Of a DNA stretch of 64,000 nt, positions 51,300 through 62,690 are shown in pieces (positions within the stretch are counted from its first letter, which is position 1; the number at the start of each line of letters is the position of its first letter). This DNA comes from Camelus dromedarius (taxonomy: Eukaryota), in contig NC_087472.1 in the NCBI RefSeq assembly GCF_036321535.1, positions 95,730,001 to 95,794,000 of the forward strand. The letters run 5' to 3'. The translations under genes were made by a program, and so were the position numbers. The notes under the pieces were generated by a model. It saw nothing but the letters and a program-made list of their open reading frames with translations. It had not been told where the DNA came from and did not search any database.

Positions 51300-52320
51300 A
51301 ATAGACAATTTTATAGAAAAATGGGCAAAAGACTTAATCAGACACTTCACAAAAGAGGATATCCAAATGAATGTTATAACTATAGGGAAAGGAGTCCCAC
51401 TTAGTCACCAGGGAAATACAAATTAAAACTGCAATGCCATATCACTACCCTTCCACAAAATAGCTTAAATGAAAAAGACAGATAATATTAAGTGTTGACA
51501 AGGGTGTGGAGCAACTAAACTCTCCTATGTTGCTGCAGGGAGAATAAAGTGGTTCAAAATAAACATTTTGGAAAGTGTCAATATTTACTGAAGTTGTTAT
51601 ATATAAAATAGATAAATAACAAGGACCTATTGTGTAGCACAGGGAACTATAGTCAGTATCTTGTAATAACCTATGATGGAAAAGAATCTGAAAAAGAATA
51701 TATGTACATACATATAAAAAATTGAATCATTTTGCTGTACACCTGAAACTAATACAACATTGTAAATCAACTGTACTTCAATTTACAAAAATATTTACTG
51801 AAGTTGAACATAAGCACTGTGGATGAGGCAGTGATTCCATGCCAAGATACATACCCAACTGAAATGCATACAAATGACCACTGAAAGGCATGTACAAGAA
51901 TTTTTTAACAGCAGCACGATTCATAACAGCCAAACATAGGAGACCACCAAATGGCTGTCCACAGGAGAATGGATAAGAACACTGTAATATACTCACACAA
52001 GGGAATACAGTACAGTAAGGAGACTAAATGGACTGAAACTACGCAAAATCCAATAAATCTCATGCATAAAATTTTGAGAAGAATAATCCAGCCACAGAAG
52101 AACATGTGCTGTATGATTCAGTTTATATAAGTTCAAAAGCAAGCAAACCTCATTTGTGGTGTTAAAAGTCAGGATAGCAGTTACTCTCAGAAGACAGAGA
52201 CTGAGACAGCACAAACGGGACCTGGGATTCTGGTAACTTCATAAAAATCCAGTAAGCTTTTCAGTTATGATCTGTGCACTTTTCCATGAGTATGGCATAT
52301 TTCAATATAAAGTTCATATT
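51300..52320 (+). mobile_element. Old L1 3' region with a young L1 tail nested at 51597-51789
   Basis: aaaatgggcaaaagacttaatcagacacttcac; the nested tail has a perfect 17-bp TSD aatatttactgaagttg at 51580-51596 and 51790-51806. Confidence 0.88.
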
Positions 52321-52839
52321 TTTGAAAATGCTTAGCAAACCCTGATCTACTGATATGGCAACATAAATAGATGTTTCATGAAGGGAAGGGATATTTGTCT
52401 TTTTTATTCATTGATGTGCCCTATGCATCTAGAACAGTGCCTGATACATAGCAGGTGCTCAGTAGACACTTACTGAGTGAACGCAAGATAAGCAAACTGC
52501 TCCAAACATATAATTTGTACCATGATGTGAAAAAAACTGGAATAGAACCCCAGAGCACGCATATTTGATGAATTGGTTCAAGGGCTGATGTTATGTGACA
52601 TCCACAATTCACCTGCATAAGATTATGGATCTGTGTATTTCTCATTTTTGCCTGTTTTTATATATATATTCTTCCAGGTAACTATGAAGAAGACTTCTCA
52701 TATATAAATCATGTATTACTCACTCAATAGGAATATCTCATTTAGTATGTCGCTAAGTTTTATTACCAAAAAGTTAGTAATAAAGTAGCGAGGCCTTTAC
52801 TGAATAAACTGGAGAAGGGCTTCTATCAATGCTGGCACC

Positions 52840-53120
52840 ACAATGTTTCCAAGTACAATAGTTCTTATTCTATTTAGACAAGCTCTAATCATTAATAAGA
52901 TGTCAGCATCTTTCAAAATAGGGTTGAATAATGCCATGCAAACTGTCAATTTTATTAAGGAGCAGACTTTAAATTGCAGACTTTTCAGAAATGTTTGTAA
53001 TTATATGGGCAGCAAGTATCATAATTTCTCTTTTTAACTTGAAGGCCAATAGCTGTCTCAAGGCAAGGGGGGAGTACCAATTTTTCAAATAAAACAAGAA
53101 ATCAGTATTTTTATGAAGGC
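52840..53120 (+). mobile_element. Decayed hAT-Charlie/Buster transposase coding fragment
   Basis: RQALIINKM...VNFIKEQTLNCRLFRNVCNYMGS followed by *LEGQ*LSQGK resembles the Charlie motif HRxAL...VNFIKARPLNSRLF..LC.EMGS...EVRWLSRGK. Confidence 0.8.
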
Positions 53121-53122
53121 AT

Positions 53123-53823
53123 TTGCTGCAGAGACAGATTTCCATTTTGCCCTCCTTTCTCTAAAAATAAAACACCTGAGTTTTAGTTGGACCCATGACT
53201 GTCTAGCCAGAGTATATGACTGACCCTTGAACACGGGGGTTAGGGGCACCGACCCCTGAGCAGTCCAAACTCTGTGTATAACTTCACAACTGGCTCTCCG
53301 TATCCTCGCTTCCGCATCTCAGATTCAAGCAAGCTTGGATAGCATATGTAGTACGTGTAGTACGTATCTAATGAAAAAAGTCCACATATAAATGGACCCA
53401 CACAGTTCAAACCCATGTTGTTTAAAGGTCAACGTATTTCCCAGCTTCCCTTGCAGCCAGGTGTGATCATGTGGCAAACTTCTGGCAATTGGGATACGAG
53501 CAAAAATGTTCTGTGCCTCTTCCGGGTCATGCCTATAAGAAGACTGGGTGGGTTGTCCTGTTGTCCCTTTCCACACACCCACTGGCTGCAGTGTGGACTC
53601 ACAAGCATCTCAGACCATGCCCAGGAAGCCATGTGTTGAGACTGGCAGAGCAACAAGACAGAATGTGCCTGGAGCTCTGAACCTAGTGGGCAGAGCCACC
53701 CTCCCAGTCCTGGATTGCCTTCCTCTGGATCATTCCCTGAAAGAGAAATAAACTTCTATCTTGCTTAAGCCACAATATTGAGGTGCCTTTTTCTTACAAC
53801 TTACATTAAACCTTAGTGAATAT
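53123..53823 (+). mobile_element. Old MLT1 LTR interrupted by a Tigger element
   Basis: ctgagttttagttgga...[Tigger]...tttcccagcttcccttgcagccaggtgtg...gagaaataaacttctatcttgcttaagccac. Confidence 0.8.
53217..53436. mobile_element. Tigger-family non-autonomous element
   Basis: TIRs tgacccttgaaca... and ...tgtttaaaggtcaa; gggggttaggggcaccgaccc. Confidence 0.85.
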
Positions 53824-53908
53824 AAACTCCACTAATTAAAATATCCCTGAAATAAAACATAATACACTCACTTATATAGCTTTGCTTCTCAATTCTCCAC
53901 TCCCTGAA

Positions 53909-54358
53909 TGATAGCCAGAATAATGCCCCCACCCCAAATTTCTTTGGAACCTGTGAGTGTTAACTTACATGGCAAAGTAACTCTGCAGATGTGATTAAGG
54001 ATCTTGTGATGCGGAGCGGCTGCTGGATTACCCAGGTGGGCCCAGTGCAATCACAGGGGTCTGCATAAGAGGGAAACAGGAGGATCCGAATCAGAGGAAG
54101 AGACGTGATGGCAGAATCAGAAGTTTGAGTGATGTACTAAGACAGAGGAGGGAGGGGCTGTGAGAAAAGGGAAGCAGGTGCCCCCCAGAAGCTAGAAAAG
54201 GCGAGAAGACTGATTCTCCCTTAGAGTCTATAGAAGGAATTCAGCTGTGCTGACACCTTCATTTTAGCGCCTTAAGACTCACGATAGATTTCTGACTTCC
54301 AGAACTATAAGATAATAAACTGTGGTAACTTGTTGCAGCAGAAACAAGAAACTAATAC
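53909..54358 (+). mobile_element. MLT1D-type solo LTR
   Basis: agaataatgccccc...gcagatgtgattaaggatctt...tggattacccaggtgggccc...gaaactaataca. Confidence 0.85.
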
Positions 54359-54374
54359 ACTGACTATGCTTCAG

Positions 54375-54792
54375 TCACATGGCTCTTCCAGTTTTTCAAA
54401 CACACCAAGCTCTTTCATGCCTTAGAACCACTGTCCACAGTCTTCTCACTGTCAGGGATTGTCTGTAATAATTTGTCTTCTACCAAATTATGAAATGTCA
54501 GGTTCCTTCTTGTCATCAGGGCTCATCCTAAATGTGATGACCTCCTCAGAGAGGCCCTCCCTGCCCACCCAATCTAAACCAGTCACCCTGTTATTCTTCC
54601 TCACAGTCTACTGTTCTCTTCCATCATAAAAATCCATTCTTTATAATTGTTTATCCAGTTGTTTGTTTACTTATTTATTATTCATCAACCCTACTAAACT
54701 GTGAGTTCCACGAGGATCACATCTATTTTCCTCATCATGTGTGAACTATGGACCAGGCAGGGAAATCCCATAGATATTTGTTAAATGGATGT
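54375..54792 (+). mobile_element. L2 3' fragment
   Basis: aacacaccaagctctttc; cctcctcagagaggccctccctg; ctgtgagttccacgagg; atatttgttaaatggatg. Confidence 0.75.
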
Positions 54793-54949
54793 TTAATATT
54801 TAAAGCAATAGAGTTACACTGTTATGAAGTTTTAAGCTGCAAATAAACATCAGAAAGGAAACTGAAACAAAGGATGGAGTCCTCAAAAACAACAAAATGT
54901 ATTTCTATTGAAAGTCTTGAGAGAGAATCTTACCCCCGCCCCACCCCCC

Positions 54950-55315
54950 CAAAAAAAAGAAAAAGAGAGGTCAAAGATTCCTTCAAATGACATCACAAAT
55001 TGTATCAGAAGATACAGATTTTAACTGGCTAGAAACTCTTTCACTGACTTTCCAAATTGTACACTTACTGGTTGAAAAAAGAAAAGTATTATGAATGATT
55101 AGCTTGGGAACTAAAATGTCTCATAATTCATTCCTCTTACAGTATTCTGGATGACTCGACATTCAGATGAGTCATAAGACTCTATGACAAGCTATTACCA
55201 ACTATTACCATTTGCAACTTATTACCATCTGCAACTATTTACCTACAAGAGTTAAGTCTGTTTTTTTTTAACTATACAGGCAAAGCAAAATATAAAATTA
55301 AATTGGCTACTGAAA
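54950..55315 (+). mobile_element. Probable continuation of the Charlie transposase (C-terminal region)
   Basis: caagctattaccaactattaccatttgcaact resembles the KAI..LLPFAT motif of the hAT dimerisation region; heavily decayed. Confidence 0.5.
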
Positions 55316-55842
55316 GTAGGTTCTCAAAGAGATATTTGTACACCTATGACCATATTAGTGTTATTCACCACAGCCAAAAAGGGGAAGCAACCCAAATGTC
55401 CATCAAGGGATGAAAGAATAAACAAAATGTGATCTATACAGACAATGAAATATTATTCACCCTTAAAAAGGAAGGAAATTCTGACAAATGCAACGACATA
55501 GATGAACCTTGAGGACATTATGCTAAATGAAATAAGCTACTCACAAAAAGACAAATACCGTATGATTCCACTTATGTGAGGTACCTAGAGTAGTCAAATT
55601 TGAAGAGACAGAAAGCAGAAATGTGGTTGCCAGGGGCTGGGGGTAGGGGAGAACAGGGAGTTACTGTTTCATGGGTCTACAGTTCCAGTTTTACAACATG
55701 AAAAGAATTCTGGAGATTGGTTGCATGGCAACAATGCGAATTTACTTAATACTATTGAACTGTACACTTTAAAACAGTTAAGATGGTACATTTTATGTTA
55801 TGTATACTTTACCACAGTTAAAATAATTTTAATTTAAAAATA
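55316..55842 (+). mobile_element. L1MB-type 3' end
   Basis: ctcaaagagatatttgtacacc; gaaccttgaggacattatgcta; gtggttgccaggggctggg. Confidence 0.88.
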
Positions 55843-55848
55843 AGAGGC

Positions 55849-55911
55849 AGGGAGGGTATAGCTCAGTGGTAGAGTGCATGCTTAGCATGCACGAGGTCCT
55901 GGGTTCAATCC
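55849..55911 (+). mobile_element. Camelid SINE, 3'-truncated
   Basis: gggagggtatagctcagtggtagagtgcatgcttagcatgcacgaggtcctgggttcaatcc. Confidence 0.88.
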
Positions 55912-56744
55912 ATAAATATATATATATATTTACATAAAAAAATATATATGCATTACATATATCGGGTCATTGAATCCTCAAACAGCACTATGAATTCAGT
56001 ACCATTTTAATGTCCACTTTGCAGATAAGGAAACTGAGGCACTGACTGGTTTAAGTCACATACACAAGTTGGCACTGCCAAGGGAGTGGTGGTGCTGCGA
56101 TTCAGATCCAGGAACTGTGGGCCCAGATTTTTTGGTTTTCCCCCATATTATCTCTCTGTATCTCTATACATATTTACAAATAGAACATTCATATCACTTT
56201 CTAACAAATCCAGATTAATCCACCCTTGCTAAATTCCCAAGGCCTCTGAGTGCTTTATTCAAGGTCAATGGCTCTGATGGTCAAGCAGTTGTAATTGGAA
56301 AAGCTGCAGCCCTGCTGTTGATGACAGAAATCCTGGATCCCTGAGACGGTCCTGCATCCATGCTGGGGTGTCCTCAGCCCTTGACCTCTGAGCAACAGGG
56401 TGTGAGCTGGGAAGGCAATTCTGATTGGCACACCAAATGGTACTGGGAGCATCTGACACACCTGCAGAGTTCTCTGTAATGGTATTTGACCCGTGCTAAA
56501 AGTCTCCCACTTGAAGTGAGAAAATGAGTATTTGTATGTTGAGGGCGACACAGAGAGGATACATTATAGTGTGACAGATGAAATGGATTTACTCAGACAT
56601 TAATAGTATCTAGACAAGTTTTCAAGCACACTTGGGAATACATTACTGACACATTACAGGAATACACCGATACACTTTTATTCCCATAGCATGCAGAAAA
56701 ACACTTTACCTTTACAATTTGAAAGAAAACTGCATTCCAGGAGA

Positions 56745-57068
56745 TGCAGGGGGTAGGAATTGGATGAAGCCAGCCAAAAGGCACAAACTTCCAGTTATAA
56801 GATAAGTTAAGTACTAGAAAGGCAATATACAACATATTAAATATAATTAACACTGCTGTATGTTAATACGAAAGTTATTAAGAGAGTAAATTCTAAGAGT
56901 TCTCATTACAAAGAAAAAATTTTTTCTAATTCTTTAATTTTGTATCAGTATGAGATGATGGATGTTCACTAAACTGTGGTCATCATTTCATGATGTATGT
57001 AAGTCAAATCGTTATGCTGTGCACCTTGAACTTATACAGTGCTGGGTGTCAATCATATCTCAATAAAA
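56745..57068 (+). mobile_element. L1 3' end (L1MA-type) followed by a (GGAA)-rich tail
   Basis: caaaaggcacaaacttccagttataagataag...taagagttctcattaca...atctcaataaa. Confidence 0.85.
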
Positions 57069-59000
57069 CAAGGAAGGAAGGAAGGAAGGAAAGAAGGAAA
57101 GGAGGGAGGGAAGAAAAAAGAAAACTGCAATCCAATGACAGGCAAATCTTTTAATTTTGTCTTCTGGACTAAAACTTTAAATTTTTTGAAGTTTTGGGCA
57201 TCGTTGGTGAGGGGAGAGTATTTTTGGCAAGAAATTCACCAAAATCAAGTCTTTTTTGCTATCATTTCAATGTCATATGGCTTACCATTAATATGCTAAT
57301 CCTTCCTAAATGTATTATACATACATGTATATAACCTACATTTATGTACATATATAAACATATACACATATATTTATCTCATTAAAATGTTAATTCCTCA
57401 CTAATTTATTATACATATGTACATATATACACATTTTTATATACATTTGTATATACATTTAATACAATTCAACCAGAATCCTAAAGGACTGGTTAGGAAC
57501 AGGGGAAAATGATTTAAAAGTTCATATGGAAGAATAAATGGCTGCAAACTGAGTGCTACAACATTTTTAAGGGGAAAATAGTGAAGGTTTATCTTACTCA
57601 ATACTAAAAATTACTGTAAAAATACTAAAACAAAAATAGTCTAGTATTAGTACAGGAATCAACAGGTCAGTGGAGCAGAATGGAGAGTTCCAAAATAGAT
57701 CCAAACATATCTAAGAATTCAGCATATGAGCAGAAATTCCACAAAAGTGGAATTTCACATCTTTGCCAAAAGGATGAATCATTTAATATATGGTGTTGAC
57801 ATAACTGCTAACCATCTAAACAGAAGCAAAACTAGATTGTTGCCTCATACCATGAAATAAATACAAATCAGAATAATAATAAAAGAAAATTTAGGAGAGT
57901 TATATATTATCTTAGGGTGGGGAAGACCTTCTGAAGCAAATAGGTAACCCAGGAACCATAAAGGAAAAGACAGGCATATATTTAAGTATATTTTCTAAAT
58001 CTTAATTTTTTTTTGTATAGCAAGAGACCATAAACAAGGTGAAATATCCAGAGCAATGGGCAAAGAATAGGACCAGAAGAGGAAATCTAAATAGCCAAAA
58101 GTTTAAAATGTATATATAAATAAATAAATAGCCAAAAGTTATGAATTGTGTAATAGGTTGCACAGCAGTCACAGAAATGCAAAAAATAAAAGGAGTTTTT
58201 ACTCGTCAGATTGGGGTGGGGGTGGAGATTAAAAGGCACTTATATCCAATGATGTTGAAGATTTGAGGAAACAGGCACTCTCATATATTGTTGGTGGAAC
58301 TATGTTATAAGTTTTTTGGAAGTTTGTAATGTCAAAAAAATTTTTTTAATGTCAAGTAAACAACAATGACTAAATATAAAATAAATAAATAAATGTCAAA
58401 ATTTTAAATATACATGCCTTGATCCCCACTGCGGAATCAAATTAAAGTGCCAATACTTAAGAATACTTACATACAAGAATGCTCATTGGGACATTCAATG
58501 GCAAAAGAATGGCAACAAAATTGAATCTCTACCAACAAATGAATGGCTTGAACAAACTAGTTTATTTATCTGTGTAACCAGGCTACATAATGTAATTAAC
58601 ATTACACTTATTTTAAAAGAACGCTAAGGAAAAAGCATACTTTTACAATGAAGAGATTTGGTGGCCACTACTTTAATAAAGTCATCAAATTATTTAGAGT
58701 GGGACAGTACAAAAGAAATACACAGAATAATTCATGAATTATTCTTGCCAAATCAGGGAGTTTTTCCCTACTTAGCCATTGTTAAATATTTGGCGAATGT
58801 TCTTCCAAATTCCAGAAAACACAGGGAATAGAAGAATGATTTAAACAACACCCTGAGGAAATAATCAGACAAATATAAAATGTGGAATATTCTGCAAGAC
58901 AATTGATCTGGTCTCTTCCAAAGCTTAAGATTAAGAAAAAAAATGGTAGGAACTTTCTAAATTAAAAGAGGCTAAAGAGGCATAAAACTAAGTGTAACGG

Positions 59001-59133
59001 AGGGGCAGGGAAGGGTATAGCTCAGTGGCAGAGTGTGTGCCCAGCATGCATGAGGTCCTGGGTTCAATCTCCAGTACCTCTGTTAAAAATAAATAAACAA
59101 ACAAACCTGATTACCTCACCCCACCAAAAAAAA
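59001..59133 (+). mobile_element. Camelid tRNA-derived SINE (Vic-1 type)
   Basis: A and B boxes; TSD aaaactaagtgtaa at 58984-58997 and 59134-59147. Confidence 0.92.
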
Positions 59134-59408
59134 AAAACTAAGTGTAATGTGTGAACTTTGATTGGATTCTGGTTCTAAAAAAAGTAGCTATAAGGATATT
59201 TTAGACACAATTGGGGAAATAGGAATAAAAACTGGATATAAGAAGATAGAAGGGAATTATTAATTTTCTGAGGTATGACAATGGTCTTGTGGGTATGTAT
59301 TGAGAAGGTACTTATTTTTCTAGAAAATGCATGCTGAAGTATTTATGAATGAGGTATTATAATGTCCAATTTACTCTGTCTCAAATGATTCAGAAAAAAA
59401 GTAAATAC

Positions 59409-59488
59409 TAGGTTACACTGTATCAAACTGTCATTTTTGTATGTCAAACACAGGTTGAGTATTGGCAACTTTACATGACATGGTCTGA
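59409..59488. mobile_element. MADE2-like mariner MITE, degraded
   Basis: About 80 bp: taggtt...aaactgtcatttttgtatgtcaaa...gagtattggcaacttt, resembling the MADE2 consensus. Confidence 0.55.
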
Positions 59489-60030
59489 TGAATGGGGGAA
59501 GGGAGCATGAGCACAAATATAGTAAAACCTTAACAATGACTGAACCTGGATGAAGGTTATAAAGGTATTCATTACTATTATTTCACCTTCTCACAATAAA
59601 AAATGAAGAGAAAAAGCAGATCTATGTCCACTGGCCTGGATGGATAGATGATGTATTACCTGGGTTTTTTTAATGCTAAGAAACATATATAGAAGAGGCC
59701 CATTAATCAGTGGAACAGGGGACAACCTATGTGTTTTTATAGATCTGTATAACCATGAAGAACAATTTACTGTGAATTAAGCTGTTAATATTGTTTATCC
59801 AGGGGTGGTGAGAATGGAGGGATTAGAGGAAAGATTAATCAAACATTTGCTTTATGATTCTTGGAACTGTTTCACTTGTCAAAATGTTTTACTTGCTTAC
59901 TTTTTGAAAGTCTAAACACACACACACCCCCAACTTATACAGAATCTCCCAGAAATCTAGGGGATAGTTTTTCAAATGGGGGTCTACAAAGATGTCCCCA
60001 AGATTTTCTACCCTGTATTTTCATTTAGAT

Positions 60031-60253
60031 CAGGGGTTGGAAAACTATATCCTGTGGTGAAATCCCACCCTCCACCCATTTTTGTAAGTAACTTTTTATT
60101 GGAACACAGCAAAGTCCATTCACTTAACATGTCTATGGCCAATTTCACAATACAGTGGCATTTGCTGAGTTGTGAAAAGGCTTTCACAACATGACCCTCA
60201 AAGCTAAAAATATTTACTATCAGGTCCTTTAAGGAAAAATTTTGCTGACCCTT
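60031..60253 (+). mobile_element. MER58A-type hAT element
   Basis: caggggttggaaaact...ttttattggaacacagc...aaaatttgctgaccc; 8-bp TSD atttagat at 60023-60030 and 60968-60975. Confidence 0.85.
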
Positions 60254-60259
60254 TATTTA

Positions 60260-60958
60260 TTTATTTAAATTTTATTTTATTGAATTATAGTCAGTTTTCA
60301 ATGTTGTGTCAATTTCTAGTGTAGAGCACACTTTTTCAGTCATACACGAACATACATATATTCATTGTCACATTCCTTTTCACTGTGAGATACCACAAGA
60401 TCTTGTATATATTTCCCTGTGCTATACAGTATAAACTTGTTTATCCATTCTATATATACCTGTCGGTATCTACAAATTTTGAACTCCCAGTCTGTCCCGT
60501 CCCACCCCCCTCCCCCCTGGCAACCACAAGTTTGTATTCTACATGTATGAGTCTGTTTCTGTTTTATATTTAAGTTCATTTGTCTTCTTTTTCTTTTTTT
60601 TTTAGATTCCATATATGAGCAATATCATATGGTATTTTTCTTTCTCTTTCTGGCTTACTTTGCTTAGAATGACATTCTCCAGGGACATCCATGTTGCTGC
60701 AAATGGCATTATGTTGTCATTTTTATGGCTGAATAGTATTCCATTGTATAAATACACCACCTCTTCTTTATCCAGTCATCTGTTGATGGACATTTAGGCT
60801 GTTTCCACATCTTGGCTATTGTAAATAGTGCTGCTATGAACATTGGGGTGCAGGTGTCTTTTTGAAGTAGGGTTCCTTCTGGACATATGCCCAGGAGTGG
60901 TATTACTGGGTCGTATGGTAAGTCTATTCCTAGTCTTTTGAGAAATCTCCATGCAGTT
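60260..60958 (-). mobile_element. Young L1 3' portion (about 700 bp)
   Basis: Low-divergence antisense L1 3' UTR and ORF2 end (gctattgtaaatagtgctgctatgaacattggggtgcagg); TSD tga(c/t)cctttattta at 60246-60259 and 60959-60972. Confidence 0.93.
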
Positions 60959-62309
60959 TGATCCTTTATTTAGATGGTCATCTAAACTGATGTCCTGGGT
61001 CACCTAGACAATCTGCCTTATAACAGAAGATTATCCTATTTCAGTGTGCTAGTTCTCAGATGAATTTATAATCATTTCAACCAGAGTAAGACTGCTTGAA
61101 TTGTGACCAAGTGAAAAAAAGAATATAGGCAGGCTTCAAAAGTAGTTTCAGAAAAGGATGTCATCCTGTACTTTAAATTAATATCATTAATTTAAATGTT
61201 GTGGGTATACTTTGCTAGTGTTTCATATAAGTTGCTTGATTTGGCTTTCTACTTGTATAAGAGCTAAAAGCAGAGGGAGTTTTAAATGATGTTACGTTAG
61301 CACATAACAAAAATAATTTAAGTCAACACTGCAGTCCAATAGAATTTTTTCTCTTAAAAGGATCTGAATATGCATACCTGAAAATCGCCATAATAAAAGT
61401 GTAGAATTAATTAATACACAATGAAAGGAACTCTAATTTCCTCATATTTGAGAAATATTTCCTTTTTGTATTGAAATCACAGCCAAGAAAACTGAATCTA
61501 AGAAAACTCTCTCTCTAGGTCTAATTATGCAGGCTGAAGTACTGATTCAAAGTTGTTGTATTTGTGATACATTTAAATAATGTACTATAGTATACCATGG
61601 GAGTTCCTTCTTTGGATTTCTTTTTCTTCTAACAAGTCAAAACTTCCATGTGCAGGTTTAGCCCAGCTTCCCTTGGATTCAGAAAGTGCCCTATTCTAAG
61701 TCATTTTCAGACTCCCTCCCATATTCAGAATGTGTAACTGACAAATTATTTTTGCTTTCACACACAATTCACAGACACTAACACTCAGCTGATGTCTTCA
61801 ACTTGGTAACAACACACACAAATGCTTTGAGCTTCTAATGGAGATCTTTTAAGGCTGACTTTTTCTCCAAACTAAAAAGCAGGACTTTTTTTAAGGCCAT
61901 CACATTTGGGCATATTTCAAACACTTCTGAAATGAGCAATGGCAAAAATTAACATCCACAAGGCCCTTGTAACAAACACATCCTGCAAAATGCAGTTGGA
62001 TTCCACTGGCTCTGCCTCTCAGCGTGCTCCTCAACCTGAGAAGCCAGACTCAGGCAAAAGCAAGATGCGTGTCTGCGTGGAAGATGATGCAATAATCATG
62101 TGTCTACAATTCCATTATGGTATAATTAATCTTAATTACACATTAAATTCTGCCTGAATTAAAAGACTCACATGGCTTGAATCTTGTTTGTGTTGCCTTT
62201 AATTTTACTGTGTTATTTTGAGAAGTGAAAAATAATAAACCGTCTAAAGCAAAATGGTGACTTGGGGGAACTCTGTTCTTAGGGGCTCTGAGCAGCTCAA
62301 CTGTAGCCA

Positions 62310-62690
62310 ACCCGGCCCATTTCTCCCATCCCCGTGGACGAGGGCAGCAGTGCTCCGTGTTCCTCTCTCCCAGTTCCGGGCTCCGAGGCAGTCAGCCCGT
62401 GGGAAAGGAAGTGCGGCTGACGTGGGCAGCCACGTGGCACCAGGCGCATCACCCACCCCGCTTCTTGTGTTTGTTTTTCTTCATTGTTCTAAAGGCAGGC
62501 TAGAGACTTGGCGCTTGCCTCCTTTTCCGTGCACCACTATGAGAATTTCCTGGGTTCTCTTTCAATCTTCTCTCTCTTACTTCCACAGACATTTATTAAC
62601 CTTTTTGGAGCTTCTCCAGGCACACCCAGCAACTCTGCAAGAGCAAAGGATCTTCTTAGAAGGCGGAAAGGTGCGCCCACGGCAGCACCT
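62310..62690. promoter_or_regulatory. CpG-enriched candidate enhancer or promoter patch
   Basis: Non-repeat GC-rich patch with GGAAGT (62407), TGACGTGG (62418) and the palindrome GCCACGTGGC (62429). Confidence 0.45.

Larger units (their letters stand above)
57460..59610 (+). mobile_element. Highly decayed old L1 ORF2 and 3' UTR fragments
   Basis: aaagttcatatggaagaataaatgg; aatgggcaaagaatag; ctttgattggattctggtt. Confidence 0.65.
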
